A DNA stretch of 64,000 bases from Pseudogymnoascus verrucosus (Eukaryota), in the NCBI GenBank assembly GCA_001662655.1, contig KV460220.1. One strand, written 5' to 3'. The notes below the pieces were generated by a model that made no database searches, was not told the DNA's origin, and was given only the letters and a program-made list of their open reading frames with translations. A program made the position numbers and the translations under genes. Within the stretch, counting starts at the first letter, position 1. Each line of letters opens with the position of its first letter. Below, one piece after another: positions 60,107-64,000 of the stretch.

Positions 60107-63100
60107 ATGGCGACTGCACCAGTCCCTGGCGCCTTCGGCGTGCTCCCTGAAGCCCAGGGCGTCACCACCAACGCCATTGGGCACAGTATTGAATCCGAGC
60201 GCCCAGTGACCGAAGACACCCTGCACGATGAGACCGACACCAGCTCCTCCGAGAACAATGAGAAGCACATCACCGACCTCGCGCGCACCTTCACCCAGGC
60301 CTCCATCCGCAACGAGCAGGGCGAGCATGACAACCCCTTCACCTCCGCCGACCCCACTCTCGACCCCCACAACGAGAAGTTCAACGCCCGAGCCTGGACC
60401 AAGACCCTCGTAGGCATCACCAGCCGCGACCCAGAGCGCTACCCCACACGCACGGCGGGCATTGCATACAAGAATCTCAATGTCCACGGTTTCGGCAACC
60501 CCATGGACTACCAGAAGACCTTTGGTAACTACCCGCTCGAGATTGGTGGATTGTTCAACAAGCTCCGCGGCAAGGGCCAGCGCAAGATTCAGATCCTGCG
60601 TAACTTTGAGGGTCTCGTCCGCAGCGGCGAGATGCTGGTCGTGCTTGGACGCCCTGGAAGTGGGTGTTCGACGCTGCTTAAGACTATCTCCGGTGAGACG
60701 AACGGCTTCTTCATCGACCAGGAGTCCACCATCAACTACCAGGGTATCGCTGCCCAGCAGATGCACAACGATTTCCGTGGCGAGTGTATCTACCAGGCCG
60801 AGGTTGATGTGCATTTCCCGCAGTTGACTGTTGGACAGACGCTTAAGTTCGCAGCCCTGGCTAGGGCCCCTAATAACCGCATTCCGGGTGTGTCGCGCGA
60901 GCAGTATGCCGAGCACATGCGTGATGTGGTCATGGCCATGTTTGGCCTGTCGCATACTATTAATACTAATGTTGGAAACGATTACATTCGTGGTGTTTCC
61001 GGTGGTGAGAGGAAGCGTGTCTCCATTGCCGAGTGCTGTGTGGGCCAATCGCCTCTGCAGTGCTGGGATAACTCCACCCGTGGTTTGGATTCCGCGACTG
61101 CTCTCGAGTTCGTCAAGACTCTGAGACTGTCTACCAACATCAGTGGCGCAACTGCCATTGTTGCCATCTACCAGGCCTCGCAGTCCATCTACGATGTCTT
61201 CGACAAGGTCGCCGTTCTCTACGAGGGTCGCCAGATCTACTTCGGACACAAGCACAAGGCCAAGGAGTTCTTCGTGAACATGGGTTTCGACTGTCCCGAG
61301 CGTCAGACCACCGCCGATTTCCTCACCTCCCTCACCAGCCCGCTGGAGCGCATTGTCCGCCCTGGCTTCGAGCACAGCACCCCCAAGACCCCCGATGAGT
61401 TCGCCGATGCCTGGCAGAAGAGTGCGGACCGTGCCCAGCTGCTCCGCGAGATTGAGGAGTTCGAGGCCGAGTACCCCATCGGCGGAGCCCACCTCGAGAA
61501 GTTCAAGGAGGGCCGTCGCGCCCAGCAGGCACGTGGTCAGCGCATCAAGTCGCCTTACACCATCTCCGTCCCCATGCAGGTCAAGCTTTGCGTTACGCGT
61601 GGCTTCCAGCGTCTCAGGGGTGATATGTCTCTCCTGTTCGCAGGAATCTTCGGTAACACGGTTATGGCTCTGGTCATTGCTTCGGTCTTCTTCAATCTCC
61701 AGGATAACACCGAGACGCTCTTCAGCAAGGGTGCTCTCCTCTTCTTCGCCATCTTGATCAACGCTTTCAGTTCTGCCCTCGAAATTCTTACTCTCTTCGC
61801 ACAGCGTCCGATTGTCGAGAAGCACACGAAATATGCGTTCTATCATCCGTTCGCTGAAGCGATTGCGTCTATGATTTGCGACATGCCGAATAAGATCGGC
61901 TCGTCCATCTTCTTCAACATCACGCTATACTTCATGACGAACCTGAAGCGCACCCCAAGTGCATTCTTCACATTCATCCTCTTCGGTTTCTCTTGTGTCA
62001 TGGCTATGTCTATGTTCTTCCGTTCCATCGGATCCATGGCTCGCAGTCTACCTGAGGCTCTTGGTCCTGCCGCTGTCATCATTCTGTCGCTTATCATCTA
62101 CACCGGTTTTACCATTCCCACGGTTGACATGCACCCATGGTTCCGCTGGATCAACTACATCGATCCCGTCGCCTACGCCTTCGAGTCGCTCATGGTGAAC
62201 GAGTTCTCCGGCCGCAAGATTCCGTGCACGTCTTTCGTTCCCCGTGGCGGCGACTACGACCTCCTCACGCTCGCCAACAAGGTCTGTGTCACCACCGGCG
62301 CCGAGGCTGGATCCGACGTCCTCGATGGCGATGTCTGGCTCCGCGTCAACTACGGATACGAGCGCAGCCACATGTGGCGCAACCTTGGTATCCTCTGGGC
62401 TCTCGTCGTCTTCGGCTGCGCCGTTCATCTCCTTGCTACTGAGTGGATTTCCGCTAAGAAGTCCAAGGGTGAGGTTCTCCTGTTCCCCCGTGGCAAGGTC
62501 CCCGAGCTTGCATCCGCTTCGAACGATGAGGAGGGCGCTCAAGACAACCGTATCGATACCAACACCCTCGAGGCTACTGCCACGCACGCCGCTGCTGGAG
62601 AGGCCCCACCTAGCATCCAGAGACAAACCGCCGTTTTCCACTGGCAGGGCGTCAACTACGATATCAAGATTAAGAAGGAACCGCGCCGCCTCCTCGACGA
62701 CGTCGACGGATGGGTCAAGCCCGGCACGCTCACAGCACTCATGGGTGTCTCCGGTGCTGGTAAGACTACTCTCCTCGATGTCCTCGCTTCTCGTGTTACC
62801 ATGGGTGTCGTTACGGGCCAAATGCTCGTCGATGGCCGCCAGCGTGACAGCGGATTCCAGCGCAAGACCGGTTACGTTCAGCAGCAGGATCTGCATCTCG
62901 CCACCTCCACTGTCCGCGAGGCGTTGACTTTCAGCGCCCTGCTCCGCCAGCCTAAGGCCACTCCTCGTGCCGAGAAGATCGCCTATGTCGATGAAGTTAT
63001 TAAGGTTCTCGAGATGGAGACGTACGCTGAGGCTGTTGTTGGTGTTCCCGGTGAAGGTCTCAACGTCGAGCAGCGCAAGCGTCTCACCATTGGTGTTGAG

Positions 63101-64000
63101 CTCGCTGCTAAGCCTGCCCTTCTTCTGTTCCTTGACGAGCCTACTTCTGGTCTCGACTCTCAAACTGCATGGTCTATTATCGCTCTTCTCCGTAAGCTTG
63201 CCAACAACGGCCAAGCTATTCTGTGCACTATCCATCAGCCATCTGCTATTCTGTTCCAGGAATTCGATCGTCTCCTCTTCCTCGCCAAGGGCGGAAGAAC
63301 CGTCTACTTCGGTGACGTCGGCCAGAACTCTTCGATCCTCACTGACTACTTCGTTCGCAACGGCGCACGCCCCTGTGGCGTCGAGGAGAACCCCGCTGAG
63401 TGGATGTTGGAAGTCATTGGTGCTGCCCCTGGTTCTACAACAACCGTCGACTGGCCAGTAGCATGGAACGAATCTGACGAGAAGGCTGAGGTGCGCGCGC
63501 AGCTCGCTGACATGCGCCGCCAGCTCATCGAGAAGGAGGTCGAAACCGATCCAACCAGCCTGGATGAGTACGCTGCGCCAATGGGCCAGCAGCTCGGAAC
63601 CGTCACACAGAGAGTGTTCCAGCAGTTCTGGCGCACACCTTCATACCTGTACTCCAAGACATTCTTGTGTGTGTCGACTGGTCTCTTTATTGGATTCTCT
63701 TTCTGGGATGCTCCAACTTCGATGCAGGGTATCCAGAACCAGCTGTTCTCCATTTTCATGCTTTTGACCATCTTCGGAAACTTGGTGCAGCAGATGATGC
63801 CGCATTTCGTCACTCAGCGCTCTCTCTATGAGGTCCGCGAACGCCCATCCAAGACATACTCCTGGAAGGTCTTCATCGTGTCCAACATCATCGTCGAGCT
63901 CCCATGGAACAGTCTGATGTCCGTCCTCCTCTTCGCCACCTACTACTACCCTATCGGCATGTACCGCAACGCCCAGCACGCCGGCCAATTCCACGAGCGC
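60107..64000 (+). CDS. Full-size PDR (ABCG) multidrug ABC transporter, runs off the window end
   Basis: Open frame from ATG 60107 (missing from the ORF track because it has no stop in the window): [69 protein letters not shown] and ENPAEWM. Confidence 0.95.
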   Translation, partial: MATAPVPGAFGVLPEAQGVTTNAIGHSIESERPVTEDTLHDETDTSSSENNEKHITDLARTFTQASIRNEQGEHDNPFTSADPTLDPHNEKFNARAWTKTLVGITSRDPERYPTRTAGIAYKNLNVHGFGNPMDYQKTFGNYPLEIGGLFNKLRGKGQRKIQILRNFEGLVRSGEMLVVLGRPGSGCSTLLKTISGETNGFFIDQESTINYQGIAAQQMHNDFRGECIYQAEVDVHFPQLTVGQTLKFAALARAPNNRIPGVSREQYAEHMRDVVMAMFGLSHTINTNVGNDYIRGVSGGERKRVSIAECCVGQSPLQCWDNSTRGLDSATALEFVKTLRLSTNISGATAIVAIYQASQSIYDVFDKVAVLYEGRQIYFGHKHKAKEFFVNMGFDCPERQTTADFLTSLTSPLERIVRPGFEHSTPKTPDEFADAWQKSADRAQLLREIEEFEAEYPIGGAHLEKFKEGRRAQQARGQRIKSPYTISVPMQVKLCVTRGFQRLRGDMSLLFAGIFGNTVMALVIASVFFNLQDNTETLFSKGALLFFAILINAFSSALEILTLFAQRPIVEKHTKYAFYHPFAEAIASMICDMPNKIGSSIFFNITLYFMTNLKRTPSAFFTFILFGFSCVMAMSMFFRSIGSMARSLPEALGPAAVIILSLIIYTGFTIPTVDMHPWFRWINYIDPVAYAFESLMVNEFSGRKIPCTSFVPRGGDYDLLTLANKVCVTTGAEAGSDVLDGDVWLRVNYGYERSHMWRNLGILWALVVFGCAVHLLATEWISAKKSKGEVLLFPRGKVPELASASNDEEGAQDNRIDTNTLEATATHAAAGEAPPSIQRQTAVFHWQGVNYDIKIKKEPRRLLDDVDGWVKPGTLTALMGVSGAGKTTLLDVLASRVTMGVVTGQMLVDGRQRDSGFQRKTGYVQQQDLHLATSTVREALTFSALLRQPKATPRAEKIAYVDEVIKVLEMETYAEAVVGVPGEGLNVEQRKRLTIGVELAAKPALLLFLDEPTSGLDSQTAWSIIALLRKLANNGQAILCTIHQPSAILFQEFDRLLFLAKGGRTVYFGDVGQNSSILTDYFVRNGARPCGVEENPAEWMLEVIGAAPGSTTTVDWPVAWNESDEKAEVRAQLADMRRQLIEKEVETDPTSLDEYAAPMGQQLGTVTQRVFQQFWRTPSYLYSKTFLCVSTGLFIGFSFWDAPTSMQGIQNQLFSIFMLLTIFGNLVQQMMPHFVTQRSLYEVRERPSKTYSWKVFIVSNIIVELPWNSLMSVLLFATYYYPIGMYRNAQHAGQFHER

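Noticed and set aside
60059..63994. Long minus-strand ORFs (595 aa, 395 aa and others), and similar ones opposite kap123 (e.g. 50460-51575)
   Set aside because: Antisense shadows caused by strong C-ending codon bias of the real plus-strand genes

Overview
Fungal (filamentous ascomycete) genomic DNA with spliceosomal introns. The right half (about 30.6-64 kb) is ordinary core chromosome: dma1, a MARVEL protein, vps16, doa4, a SET protein, mak5, trm7, a GNAT, kap123 (with an intronic C/D snoRNA), a mitochondrial 2-oxoglutarate carrier and a PDR-type ABC transporter. The left half is accessory and has an unusual layout. Two tandem minus-strand 5S rRNA genes are framed by three copies of a 32-bp repeat, and each 5S gene is broken at the same internal CAAGCTT site by a gene-carrying insertion. 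Insert A (3896-8751, about 4.9 kb) has a 7-bp direct repeat and imperfect terminal/subterminal inverted repeats. It carries a divergent pair of secreted His/Cys-rich, probably metal-binding, proteins. Insert B (about 8960-30421, about 21.5 kb) carries a self-contained aromatic catabolism cluster (maleylacetate reductase, MFS transporter, FAD monooxygenase, P450, aryl-alcohol dehydrogenase, intradiol dioxygenase, Zn2Cys6 regulator) plus a degraded Fot1/pogo transposon. I see no recombinase gene, so these look like non-autonomous or derelict 5S-targeting, Starship-like cargo elements. All calls are by eye, with no database searches; exon boundaries are approximate unless stated.
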